Source: Octopus vulgaris (Eukaryota). From it: a stretch of DNA of 64,000 nucleotides. Made by a program: the position numbers and the translations under genes. Position 1 is the stretch's first letter. Every line of letters starts with the position of its first letter. The notes under the pieces were generated by a model. The model did no database searches. It was not told where the DNA came from and saw only the letters and a program-made list of their open reading frames with translations. The stretch covers positions 71,920,001 to 71,984,000 of the forward strand of contig OX597833.1 of assembly GCA_951406725.2 (NCBI GenBank), given 5' to 3'. Below are positions 35,153 through 47,441 of the stretch, piece after piece.

Positions 35153-38100
35153 ATGTCTACTCAGAAGAAATCTACGAAAACTTCCAAAAAAACTAAGAAA
35201 AAAGACGGTTTGACATGATTTACTTTTATCTACGATTTTTAAAATATTGCCAGTTTGTTGTTGCTGTTGTTGGTATTATTGTTTCTGTTTAACACCAGGC
35301 CACCCCAGTCCTGTCTAACCCTTCTTTATCATGTGTAATTTTTAGGTATCATTTCTAAGACAGCAAGACATGATTTAAAGGGATTTGAGCTGTTATTTTA
35401 GCAGGCTCTCTGCTGGCCCGTGGCTCAAATTGTTCATGCTGTTGCTGTTGATGTTGTTGAACTCTAGGTATTATCTTGATCGAATAGCCAGGCGAGGGAT
35501 CAAAGGCATCCCAGCCACGACCTCTTGTCCCATGTACGCGGAACCCAGGATCACAGTATCCTATGGATTCTTTGGCAGGGTGTTAGAGTGTGATCTGACA
35601 GAGATTTAGGGGTTATTTCCTGAGGGGCAAACGTGCACATCGATGCCCAGTTTTAGCTCAGGGTTTGTCTTCACTTGGGTCAACCTTGCTATTGATACAC
35701 CAGTTATTTTCTATGTCTGTGCCTTTTTTTTATGTTTGTTTGGTTCGAGCAGGAAACAGAGTCGTCCTCTTTCGATGTTCCCGATCGACCGTCTAATGGT
35801 TGTTGTCGTTTTTGTAGGCATTCTGGAAAAGGATGAGAAATTTAGGAAATCACTGGTTGAACTGAATGCCATGAAAGATTACATTGGTAAGTATTGTTAC
35901 ACTTGTCCTCCAGTTTTGGGGGGGAAACTAAGAAATAGGGAGTTGAGCCTGTGGTATGTCTTTCATTCTCCCGGTCTCTCTTGCTTCCTCACACATTCAT
36001 ACTTTAGAGTAGTATTAAGGATATATAGAGAGCAAGACATGATTTAAAGGGATTTGAGCTGTTATTTTAGCAGGCTCTCTGTTGGCCCGTGGCTCATATT
36101 GTATATGAGTGGGAAACGTTGCTGGCTCCTTACGACATCCCTTTACAGTATTGGCAAGATTTTCATCGGGTCCAGGGACACGGAATTATTCCCTTCCAAC
36201 ATTCCTTCAGGACATTCCCAGGAATTTCATGAAATCCAACGGCTTTGGCAGGTTCGGTTTATTCTCTTCAGTATCGAAAGAAGAATTTGGTTGTTGCTCA
36301 CCACATTTCACGGGCAGCACTCGTGCTTCTCCAAATTCCTCATTATGAACACATCCCCCAACAAACACATTCTCTTGCAAATATTTATGGAGACTTTTCT
36401 CTCTCTCTTTGTCTAAATTCGTTTTAAATCTCCGTAACATCCATCCTTCCCCTCTTCTAACAATATGTCTCCTTGCTTTCACTCTGTTCCTCTTCCCCCA
36501 CTTCTCCCTTATAATCAAAGGGTCCCATCTAATGGAATCAATCCGTAATTAACCCCCTCCCCCCTTTATCCTCTCCCTTCTTTAATACTTAGCTTTCATT
36601 CTCTCTCCCTTTCTCTCTCTCTCTTTCACTCTCGCACATACCCTCTCTCCGCTTTCTCTCTCTCTCTCTCTCTTCCTTTATCATTACTTGTTGGCCACCA
36701 TCACTTTCCTTCTTTCCCATTTCTGCTTCTCCTCTCTCTCTCTCTTCAACCATAACACTACTCCTGCTGTTTCTATTCAATTTCCATACAATCAACACAT
36801 AGCCATCTTTTTTCTTTTCTCTTTTTCCCTCCCCTCTCTCTCTCTCCTTAGTTCCCCTCTCTCTCTTCCTAGTTCCCCCCTCTCTCCCTAGTTCCTCTCT
36901 CTCTTCTCACACTCAGTCACGTTGCTTCTATCCAATTTCCTTACCAACAACCATCATATAGCTGTCTGTCACTCCCTCTTTCATCTCTCACTCTTTCTCA
37001 TCTCTCTCTCTCTCTCTCTTTCCTCAATCACTCTTCCCTCACCTTATTTTCTATCCCTCGCTTGTTATCATTCTGGATTACCCCTTCACTTACTCCCCCC
37101 TCTCTCCCTCTCTCTCTTCCTCCCTGGCCCCTTTCCTATCAGTTGTGAGGAGGGAAAGAAAGGGGCAGACACAACAAAGAGAAGGGTTCTCTTAGTTTTG
37201 CTGAGGATGAAACAACCTTTCGTATTTACTGGGAGCTGAGTGAATGGGGGACAATATAGAATAGGGAGGATGTTCTAGTCTTCCTGGGGACAAAACAACC
37301 GCCCTTGCAGAGGGGCCGAGATAGAATACACCACAAGGAGGCTGGCAGGAACAGAGGTATCTAATCCAACAATGGCCACGTCAAAAAACATGGCAATATG
37401 CAAGTGTGATGTGGTCCCCATGGCAACTGACTTCAAATCATGCTGACACATCCAACCCATCTTAAACACCTGGGTACCTTACCTGTAAAATGGTGGTGGT
37501 GATGATTATGACGATGATGATGATGATGATGATGGTGTGTGTGTGTGTGTGTATATGAAATTTTTATGTAGGTCTATATGCATGTATGTATGTGTGTATG
37601 CATGTATGAATGTATGTATGTATGCATGTATGTATGTATGTATATGTTTGTGTGTATATATATATATACTTTATATCATAAAACTTGTAATTGCAGCTCA
37701 GCGTGATCTGATGCTGATGGAAAGTTTGGCAGCTGGCGAAGAACGGAACAAAGAACTGGATCTGTTAAAAATAGATTTTGAGTCACAGAAAGGTGATTAC
37801 AGGTCAATAAGAGCTGGTGAGTGTTGTTCTCGTTTTTTGTTGTAATGATGAGGATGGCGTTGGAGGAAGATGCTGAAGTGATTGTGACCTTCTTCTGCGA
37901 GGGAAGGTGGATGACTGTGGCAAAAATGGTTAAGGTGAATGGAGTTGCTCTAAATATGTAGTTGTGTATCAGAGAATAACAATGGGGCCAGGGTTTTGTG
38001 TTGTTGGGGTCTGGATGGCCCTGGATCTGTGGCTTTTTGTTGGCTTTCTGTTGTTTTTTGTTTTTTTTTGTTTATATTGGTTGTTTTAAACTGCAGAATT

Positions 38101-40655
38101 GGATAAGATGGCCATGTTCGTTTTGATATGTCTCCGTAGATATGACACGGCAGTACAAGACCATGGAGTCGGAGATGAATGCAAGGATACGTATTTTGGA
38201 AACTGAGTTGACAAGCTGTCGAATAAAGTTAAGTAAGTAGCCCCGGGCTGGGGTCTTTTTTTTTTGTATTGGTTTAGAGACAGAATTACTAAGCTGTATA
38301 GGATGGTTTGATTAATATGTTTAATTTAACAATAATGAAGGAATCCAAAGAAAAGGCAAAATTTGTATAGTTTCTCATTTTCAAATCATTTTCATGTTTT
38401 ATTGTTAAAAGCTTAAAATGGAACAGGACAGTTCCAAAATAAGAAACTAAGAGAATAACCTCAGAAAAACAAGATTTATGTTGTAGTTTGATTGTGCAAT
38501 CATAAAAGAGTAAAAGTCCTTAGAAAATAACAGAGAATTTCGTTTTGTAGCCGTTTCAGTCATTCGCATTATCAGATAATCAATAGTGTCTGATGTGATG
38601 CAGTTTTATCTCATTGAATTCAATTCATTTGACTGAAACCTCACAAGGTGGTGCCCCAGCATGGCCACAGTCCAATGACTGAAACAAGTAAAAAATAAGA
38701 GATTAACAAAAATGAAAACTAATCAGTGACACCCAACAACTAAGAATAAAATTTGTTGACTGAGGCCAACAAAAGGACAGCCGATCGATAAAAAGCTGTT
38801 GATTGTAAATCAGTGAATCTTTGATTTAGCAAATTAGTTGATAAAATGGAGAGTCAAATGGCAGAGAATGACACGGTTGGTGTATTTCACAGGTGATAAA
38901 GAATCAGAATTACTAAAGGCACAAAAAGAAGCCAAACTTCTTATGAACCAGAAACAGGAAGAAATTGTGCTTTTCCAGCGGAAGAACAATGCCATGGAGA
39001 ATTCCTACCAGGACATACTTCATGTAAGGGCTCACAACCATTTCCCTGATTTTTAATTCTCAGTTCATTATTTACATAACATGTTGCTATCATCATTATT
39101 GTTCGACCGTGGTCAAGACAATGGAATTTACTATGTTACGCCAGACTTCACGGTCCATCATAGCATTACGGAGGTCCTGTTGCTGGATGCCTGTATCCCT
39201 GGAGATTACATCAGGGTAGGAGAGTGTGCCTACCCATGTTGCTATATTTTCAGCCCCCAACTGATATTAACCTTCTAATAATAAATTAACTCCCATTTCT
39301 CAACATTTTGCAAACATTTGTCAGCACCCTGGGGAAAATGCTTAGCTGCAGTTGATAAAATAAGTACCAGTTGTGTCCGGGGGGTCAATGTTAATCACTT
39401 ACCCCCCCTCCCCCAAATTTGCTGGCCTTGTGCCAAAATTTAAAACCGATAATTTTCCTTGATATTTGTGTTCCTGAGCAGCCTGTTCTGTTGAGTGGAT
39501 CGACTGGAACACATGTAACTGGAAGCATACAGGTTTATTTAATTGTTAATTAATTAATAATTTAATTTTATTCAATTATTCGGGCATTGGAGCTCAATTG
39601 GTTGCAAACATGGGTGTTTGGTGAAGAATTTTGTTGTGCAATCATTTGATTTCAAATCTGGCAAGTGTCACTGGGGGAGGTGGAAATGTAGCCATTAGTC
39701 TGCTGGACGGACAGAACCTGTTGTCCGGTGATAGACTGAATCCGTTACCCAGTTTAAAAAGCCCACAGGATTCCTGGGCCCCTGTTGCAGAATTCACTCT
39801 TCTCTAATTCATTCACAGAAGCTCTTTCGTCTGAAGATAACTCAGCATCTTCCTCCTTTGCCAGAAGCCATGTAAGTGTGAGGCTTCTATGATTAATTCC
39901 ATTCACATCTATGATGTTTTATTGGAATGTTAAACCACCTCCAGCACATGACTGGTACTTTATCATATCAAACAGAGAAGAATGAAAGACAAAGTTGACC
40001 TGAGGATGCAAAAGCTAGGACTTAAATACCACAAGGCATTTAACTCTCACGATTCTACCATGTACTATCCTCCTCCTCCTCCTCATCATCATCATCGTTT
40101 AGCGTCCGTTTTCCATGCTAGCATGGGTTGGACAGTTCTACTGGGGTCTGTGAAGCCAGAAGGCTTCATCAGGCCCAGTCAAATCTGGCAGTGTTTCTAC
40201 GGCTGGATGCCTTTCCTAACGCCAACCACTCTGTGAGTGTAGTGGGTGCTTTTTACGTGCCACCCGCACAGGTGCCAGACAGAGCTGGCAAATGGCCACG
40301 AACGGATGGTGCTTTTTATGTGCCACCGGCACGAGGGCCAGGCGAGGCTGGCAATGAACACGAAACGGGGCGGTGCTGGCAACGGTCGCGAAACGGAAGG
40401 TTCTCCTACATGCCACCGGCACTGGTAACACATCTGCAATTTCCATTGATCGATTTCGATTCTGATCCTCCTCCATAAAATTCACATATTTATTTAAATG
40501 TCTTTTTATTTATTTATTTATTTCAGGGGGCTTTGGATAATCTTGTGTTCAAAATGGAGAAGTTAAAGGATCGATGGGAGAAACAAGCCAAAGTGATTCA
40601 GGCCAGAAATAAGAAAAAACTTCTTGAATTTGGCTTAAATCCTCTTGATTTGTAA
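35153..40655 (+). CDS. DRC12: Dynein regulatory complex protein 12 / CCDC153 homolog, copy A, 6 exons, 198 aa
   Basis: Exons 35153-35207, 35818-35886, 37697-37816, 38140-38232, 38893-39023 and 40527-40655 (597 nt, GT-AG, phases fit). Lys-rich N-terminus, coiled coil, DMTRQYKTM motif and C-terminal [11 protein letters not shown]. Confidence 0.82.
37414..37427. promoter_or_regulatory. Intronic X-box-like site (DRC12-A intron 2)
   Basis: GTCCCCATGGCAAC; the paralog has GTTGCCATGACAAC in its intron 2. Confidence 0.45.
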
Positions 40656-40757
40656 CATTTTGCCTCAAGATTTTCTGCTCCACAAGGTATGGCTTCACCT
40701 TTGTCTTCAGACAATTGTCTTCTCTTCGACAGGAAATGTTTAAAAAGGTTATTACAA

Positions 40758-40920
40758 GGCGCAGGAGTGGCTGTGTGGTAAGTAGCTTGCTAACCAACCA
40801 CATGGTTCTGGGTTCACTCCCACTGCGTGGCACCTTGGGCAAGTGTCTCCTGCTATAGCCCCGGGTCGACCAATGCCTTGTGAGTGGATTTGGTAGACGG
40901 AAACTGAAAGAAGCCTGTTG

Positions 40921-40973
<53 letters not shown>

Positions 40974-41185
40974 TTATGTGTCTGTGTTTGTCCCCCTAGC
41001 ATTGCTTGACAACCGATGCTGGTATGTTTACGTCCCCATCACTTAGCGGTTCGGCAAAAGAGACCGATAGAATAAGTACTGGGCTTACAAAGAATAAATC
41101 CCAGGGTTGAGTTGCTCGACTAAAGGCAGTGCTCCAGCATGGCCGCAGTCAAATGACTGAAACAAGTAAAAGAGTAAAGTGTAAA
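40758..41185 (+). mobile_element. tRNA-derived SINE inserted in the DRC12-A 3'UTR
   Basis: Interrupts AAAAAGGTTATTA|TAAGCAACCAAGG, which is uninterrupted in the paralog at ~52745-52772 (-). Confidence 0.85.
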
Positions 41186-43748
41186 AGAGAGATAAGCAAC
41201 CAAGGCTTTAATTAGGCCCCAAATCGATCCCCTCAATCTTTGTCCATGTAATACAGTGTTTCTGTCTGTCTCAAACTTGTTTGTATTTGAATTCCGCACT
41301 TGCAAGATTCCCTGCCAAATTCTTTCTTCTAAAAATATCAGAATATCTCTGGAATTGTCTGCTGCTTATATCAAAGTACCATCAACCATCACACAAGTCA
41401 TTGATTTGTGGTTGTTCAAGAAAAACATGACCCCCATTGATCTTGCAAGTATGAGAGGGTCTGCAAAGGACAAGAGCCCAGCCAACGCATTAAGAATATA
41501 AAGCAAACAACATCTGACTAGTCTCGGGGATTCCAACCCATTCCTTTTGACCAAACCCTTAAAATCAAAATGCAACTAAAACCTGAAATCATTTATTCAC
41601 TGATACAAAGATTAACATGCTTTTGACTCACGAGGAAAGAACCCTGTATCTGGAATATTTGCGGTTCTACAGGAAGAGAAAGATTTCAAAATTAAACAGT
41701 TTTTTTTTATTTAGAAATTATTTCTTGTCGAGTCTGACCGAAGGGACATTACCGCTGAACATTGCAGGTTCTCTGAGACTTGTGATGGGGTCATTTCTGT
41801 TCCATTTGTAATTCAACATATGCTAAAAAGACATGAACTGGGAGGAAGATTCCAGAGGGATGGCATTGTAGGGAGGAAGAAGGAATGGACATAATGGTGA
41901 GTGCATGGGGGTGGATGGGTGTGAGACGGATTGGGTGCACCTGGGTGACAAGTAGGCGGGGTGGGGGAGACCAGTGTGTGGAGGGTGCATGAATATTGGT
42001 GGTAAGAGGCCGAGACCAACCAGCTCACAGTTCAGAGGTCATTATAGTAGTAGTAGTAGTAGCAAAGGTAGAGAGTGGACACAGCAGCACCCAGTTTTGG
42101 GTTCACGTCTGTTAGTGATTGATTTTCAACCAGTGGGATGTTGATGTTTCGCTCCACGCCAGCCTTGGGCTCAATTCTATTCATCTCTCGCCTTTTTTCC
42201 CCCTCATCTTCTTTTTATATCGGCCAGTCATGAAGAGTTATGTCCCTTCGTTTGGTCTTTTGAATGGAGTCACGAGATTTGGATTTTCATCTCCCAAAAC
42301 TATTAAAACTCCATTAATATAACAAATAAAAGTATTCTTTAAAATAAAAATTCCAAATATCAAAGCGAAATTAAAACAATAATTAAGCAATTTACTTCAG
42401 TTTGAATGAATAAAAATATTTGCACAATAAAAGTAAAGTAATTTGTTTTATTTTGCCTCTGTTGGTTAACGACCTCCATTCTCGTTGATGCATGAAAAAT
42501 TATGAAAGATTCAGATTACAAAAGAAAAATTATACAAAGAGCGGAAATGTGGGCGAGTGGGGGGTGAGTGTATTAGGAGCATTAGGCAAAAAGGAACTTT
42601 ATAAGGTTGTGTGAATTAAAAGCTTATAATAATGAAATTATTGTATACAGTTCTCAGGTGCACCACAACTTGTCAGAGTATATTAAAAGCTTTTAATAAA
42701 TAACTCTAAAAGGAAAACGGATCACAAGTAATGCAAGTTGTTATTTTAAAAAGTAGATGCATTAGGATTTCCCATCCACTCAAGGGACACACTGGTTAGG
42801 TCAGGTTAGAGTCCCCTGATGTCTCTGTCCACTTGCCATTGTTCAGATTAGAGACTGATATACCCAGAGATGAAGGTGCCTCTCCATATTCTCTTCATGG
42901 AAGGCTGACTCATTGGCACACGGGGCAAAACGCTGAATGCAGCATTTTGTCTGTCTCAATCTTCTGAGTTCAAATTCTGCTTCCATCCTTTCAGGGTTGA
43001 TAAAATAAGTACCAGTTATGCACTGGAGTCAATGTAATCAAGTTACCCCCCGCTCCCCGTACTTGCTGGCCTTGTGCCAAAATTTGAAGCCAATGTTTGT
43101 CTTCATGAAACAAATGAGAAATTTTCCCCCTCCTCTTGGTACTTCCCTTGGCATTCCTACTTCAGTCTCTGGTTATTCGATAATATTCCCTTTATCAAAA
43201 GTCTTTTACTTTCATGCTGCAAATATTTTGCCCGTTTTGCCCATTTTTTTCCTCCTCAGCAATCAAGACATGGAAACAGCCTCCGCCCCATCATGTCTCC
43301 CTTATTCTGTTTATCCCCTGCTTTTCCTTTGCCGACTCACTTCTCTTTCATCTTGCTCGTCTCCATAACAACTGCACTCAACACGTTTTTAGAGTAATTC
43401 TTTTTGTCAATTTCGTTGTGTCCAGGGACGGTCATTCTTCCAATAACACATGCGCTGGTTCAATTCCTCTCCTTTAGTATTAGTCAATTGGTTAACTCTT
43501 CACTAACTAATCGATCGTTTGTTTAACTTGGTTGACCAATTAGTCTACTTTTTTGTCAAAGCTCTTTATATCAAATATCATTTATTTTTAGTTTTATACA
43601 ATTTAAGTATAATTTTTTTATATCACATATATATATGTATTCATTAAGTATCGTTTTTATATAAAATATATACCATTTACCATATCAATTATATATCATT
43701 TATAACGTATATCATTCCCACTTTGTTAATAAAATATTTCTTTGTCCT

Positions 43749-43939
43749 TTAATTAAATGGCAGAGAATGGAAGAGTGGAGTTGGCCTCACCATCATCAGA
43801 TAACAAGCAACAATGATGGCACTTCTTGTCCGTCCAGCTTTACAATGGACATAAACACACTGACCAAGTTGTTGATAATAGCTGATGAAAGCCAGGGCTT
43901 GATTGACCTGCCACTCAATGAAATATTCAACTTCCATTC
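43749..43939 (-). pseudogene. Inverted partial PTPMT1 copy (catalytic exon 3 only)
   Basis: Near-identical to ~50308-50490 ([37 protein letters not shown], donor and intron start). Acceptor AG lost; ~31-nt and 12-nt deletions. I found no copies of exons 1, 2 or the coding part of exon 4. Confidence 0.85.
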
Positions 43940-44233
43940 CAAAGATGACACAATTGTAGAGGTGAAAAGGAAAAAGTGAGAAGGAGGGAGAGAGAGAGAG
44001 GGAAAGAGAGTGAAAATTAATTGTTAATTAATAAATCATTTTTTTATAATTACGTTTTATTGTCTTTGAATTCTTTCAGAAAATAATGACTTTATTATTT
44101 CGTAAACCATCCCACTTCCAACATAAATATGTATTGAGTAATTTTGTGTGTGTGTGTGTGTGCATATATGCACATATACACACATACAGATACTACATAC
44201 ACACACCAACAAACATTTATATACATACATATA

Positions 44234-44280
<47 letters not shown>

Positions 44281-44686
44281 TATATGTATATATGTATGTA
44301 TGTATATGTATACGTCCAGCCCATGCCAGCATGGACAACAGACATTAAATGATGATGATATATATACGATGGGCTTCTTTCGGTTTCCGTCTACCAAATC
44401 CACTGACAAGGCTTTAATTGGCCTGGGGCTTTAGTATAAGACATTTGCCTAAGGTATCACACGGTGGGACTGAACCCAGAACCATGTGGTTAAACTTCTT
44501 AACCACACACACAAGTCATATGTGTGCGTGTGTGTTTGCACGCGCACACACACACATGTATACATAATAGATGTGTATATATATATATATATATATGAAA
44601 CAGCAAGAGAGAGGGACATTCAGTGATGGAGATGATGATGATGTAAAAGAGGATGGGGTAGGAGAGGTGGTAGTGGTGGTGATGGT

Positions 44687-44788
44687 GAGAGTAATGATGA
44701 CGTGAGAGTAATGATGACGTGAGAGCAATGATGACGTGATAGTAATGATGACGTGAGAGTAATGATGACGTGAGAGCAATGATGACGT
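44687..44788. repeat. Minisatellite, 6 x 17 bp (GAGAGTAATGATGACGT)
   Basis: Six tandem copies with single-base variants, each containing TGACGT. Confidence 0.95.
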
Positions 44789-47133
44789 AATGCCTTGACG
44801 AAATAGTTAATGCTTGTAATTCTTCAATTTTTCTTTGTTAAATCCTTGTGTGTTTATGTACCTATGCATACGGGTGTGTGTGTCTGTATGCACTTGTGTG
44901 TGTGTGTGTATGTTTCCATATGTGTGTGTGTTTGTGTGTGTGTGTGAACAATGTCAGTGTGGTCGTTTTCTTTCTCCCTATTGTTGGTGAAATCACGAGG
45001 AATTCTTTAGTATTTCAAAGAATTCAATGCTGTGTGGGATGGAAAATGCCAACCCATTCACATACAAATTGACGGCCACCAAACAGAATCCGCGTCATCC
45101 AAGGCTGCCTTCCCTCGACAGCTTCATCTTTTCAACTCCTCTCCATCATTCCTCCTCGATTCCGCTTTGTGGTTTTGCACAGGACACAACAACTGGTCAC
45201 TTGAAAGCGTTTGGCCAGTTTGACCAGTGGACACATTCACACACACCTGACAACAAGAAAACAAAAACTATTTTTCTTCAGTGGTGGTCATCATACTGAG
45301 AACAGCGTTCAGTTGCAGAGTTGAGGTAGGTTGATATTCAATTGTAAGACATTCACACACTTTGGGGATTTTTAGAATTTTCCTTAACTTAATGAGAATA
45401 CTGTTTCCTCTCTCTCTCTCTCTATCTCTGCTTGTCTCTCTCTCTCTCTCTCTCTCTATATCTCTCTGTCTCTGCTTGTCTGTCTCTTTCTCTCTGCTTC
45501 ACTCTCTCTCTCTCTCTATTCCCGTCCCTTTCTCTGCCTTTTCTGTTGCTTTTACAGTAGTATTTGATCCTTGGACCCCTTTCACCCAGGCTCTTGTCAT
45601 CCACCACCCCCTTCATATACTTATTATTGTCCCCCCTCAAAACTCCACACTTTAGCTGCAAATATGGCTGTGTGGTAAGAAGTTTGCTTCCCAACCACCT
45701 GGTTCTAGGTTCAATCCCACTCTGTCTCACCTTGACAAATGTCTTCTACAACAGCCTTGGGTCTTTGCAACAACCTTAGGCTGACCAAAGCTTTGTGAGT
45801 GGATTTAGTAGATGGAAACTGAAAGAAGCCCTTCATATGTATATCTATGTGTGTGTGTCTTTGTCCCCTACCATAGTGTTGGTGTGTTTACATCCCTGTA
45901 ACTTAGTGGTTTGGCAAAAGAGATCAATAGAGTAAGTGCCAGGCTTGAAAAAAAAAGTACTGGATTCGAAGAATTGGACTGGAAATTCTTTAAGGTGGTG
46001 CCCCAGCATGGCCACAGTCTAACGACTGAAATAAATAATAGATAAAAGAATATATAACCTCTTCAGCCAATCCTTCCTCTCCCAGAACAACGGCCCTCCC
46101 CACTAGAATTTCCTGTCAACTTGCATCTATTCAATAGGACTATAAACCACACCAGTGTCAATCCTTCCAGAGGTGAGGGCCATGGCCACTGACTGTTCCT
46201 CTAAACCAAAAGAAATACAGGGTAAGCATCCCCACCTTGGTCCCTGTCAGAACCTTTCTGCTGATTATATCAACTGACATTTTCAGGGTTTCTCTTGTCT
46301 CACAAAACAACAATTTCAAACTCCCCAACTCTTTTGTTGTTTTGATAATTTGAGAAACGATGGCAACATTTGATACATGAGCATAGAATAATAACAACAA
46401 CAACAACAACAACAATATTAGATTCAAATTTTGCCACAAAGGCAGCAATTTGGAGGTTCAGTTGATTACATCGACCCCCAGCACTCAACTGGTACTTGTT
46501 TTATTAACCCCAAAAGGATGAAAGGCAAAGTCAACCCTAGCAGAACTGGAACTCAGAATGTAAAGTCAGACAGAATGTCACCCCAAGCATTTTGTCCAGC
46601 ATGCTAAGGATTCTTCCAGTTTGTTGCCTTGATGATAATAATAATAATAATAATAATAACAACAATAAGTGTTATCATGTACATTGTTTTGTCTTGGTAC
46701 AAAAGATGGGCTACAGTAAATATTCTGCTTAATACCACAGATTTGCTTGTCAGTTGTTTGACCTTAACCAGTTGAGCATGTCCCTTAGTGGCTGACGATA
46801 TGTGCATCTCTGATCATGAGCAGAAGTAGTGGGGGAGCATCATAGCCATGTCTTGAGAGGGATTCTTTGGGGTTTGAATAATTCACCTCTGGAAACATGG
46901 GTGTTTCATTCAACATCCTTAAACAACCCTTATTCGGGAGCAGGATGGGCTACTCGACCTGATGAAAATTCTAGCTGGGTCCCACCTGCAGGGTCATGCA
47001 CTGTTGACCTTGTTATGAGCTTACTAAACCTTTGAAGAAACAACCAGGGTTTGAAACTTGTTTTTTTTCATCTCATTTCAGATCAATTGGTTAAAATTGT
47101 TCCTTGGAAAACGTGAATATCTCCAGAGGCAAA

Positions 47134-47408
47134 ATGGATCAATTTTCTGCCATTGGAACATCAATCCTCAGCAAAGTTGCCTTTTATCCGTCCCTTTTCT
47201 ACAATTATGCCTTGTATTTAGCTTCCTTTCGTCACTGGTATGTTCGTATAGACAGCTCAATCATCTTTGGTGCCTTACCATTTCGGCAAATGGCCACAGA
47301 GGTAAGATTTATGTACATGTATATATGTGTGTGTGTGTGTATGCATGCATATATGTGTATGTATGTATGTGTGCATGTATGAATGTATGTATGCATGTAT
47401 GTATGTTG

Positions 47409-47441
<33 letters not shown>

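Noticed and set aside
41813-42028. Possible inverted copy of PTPMT1 exon 4
   Set aside because: It does not match exon 4; HYVHSFFLPTMPSLWNLP looks like a decayed LINE ORF2 C-terminus.
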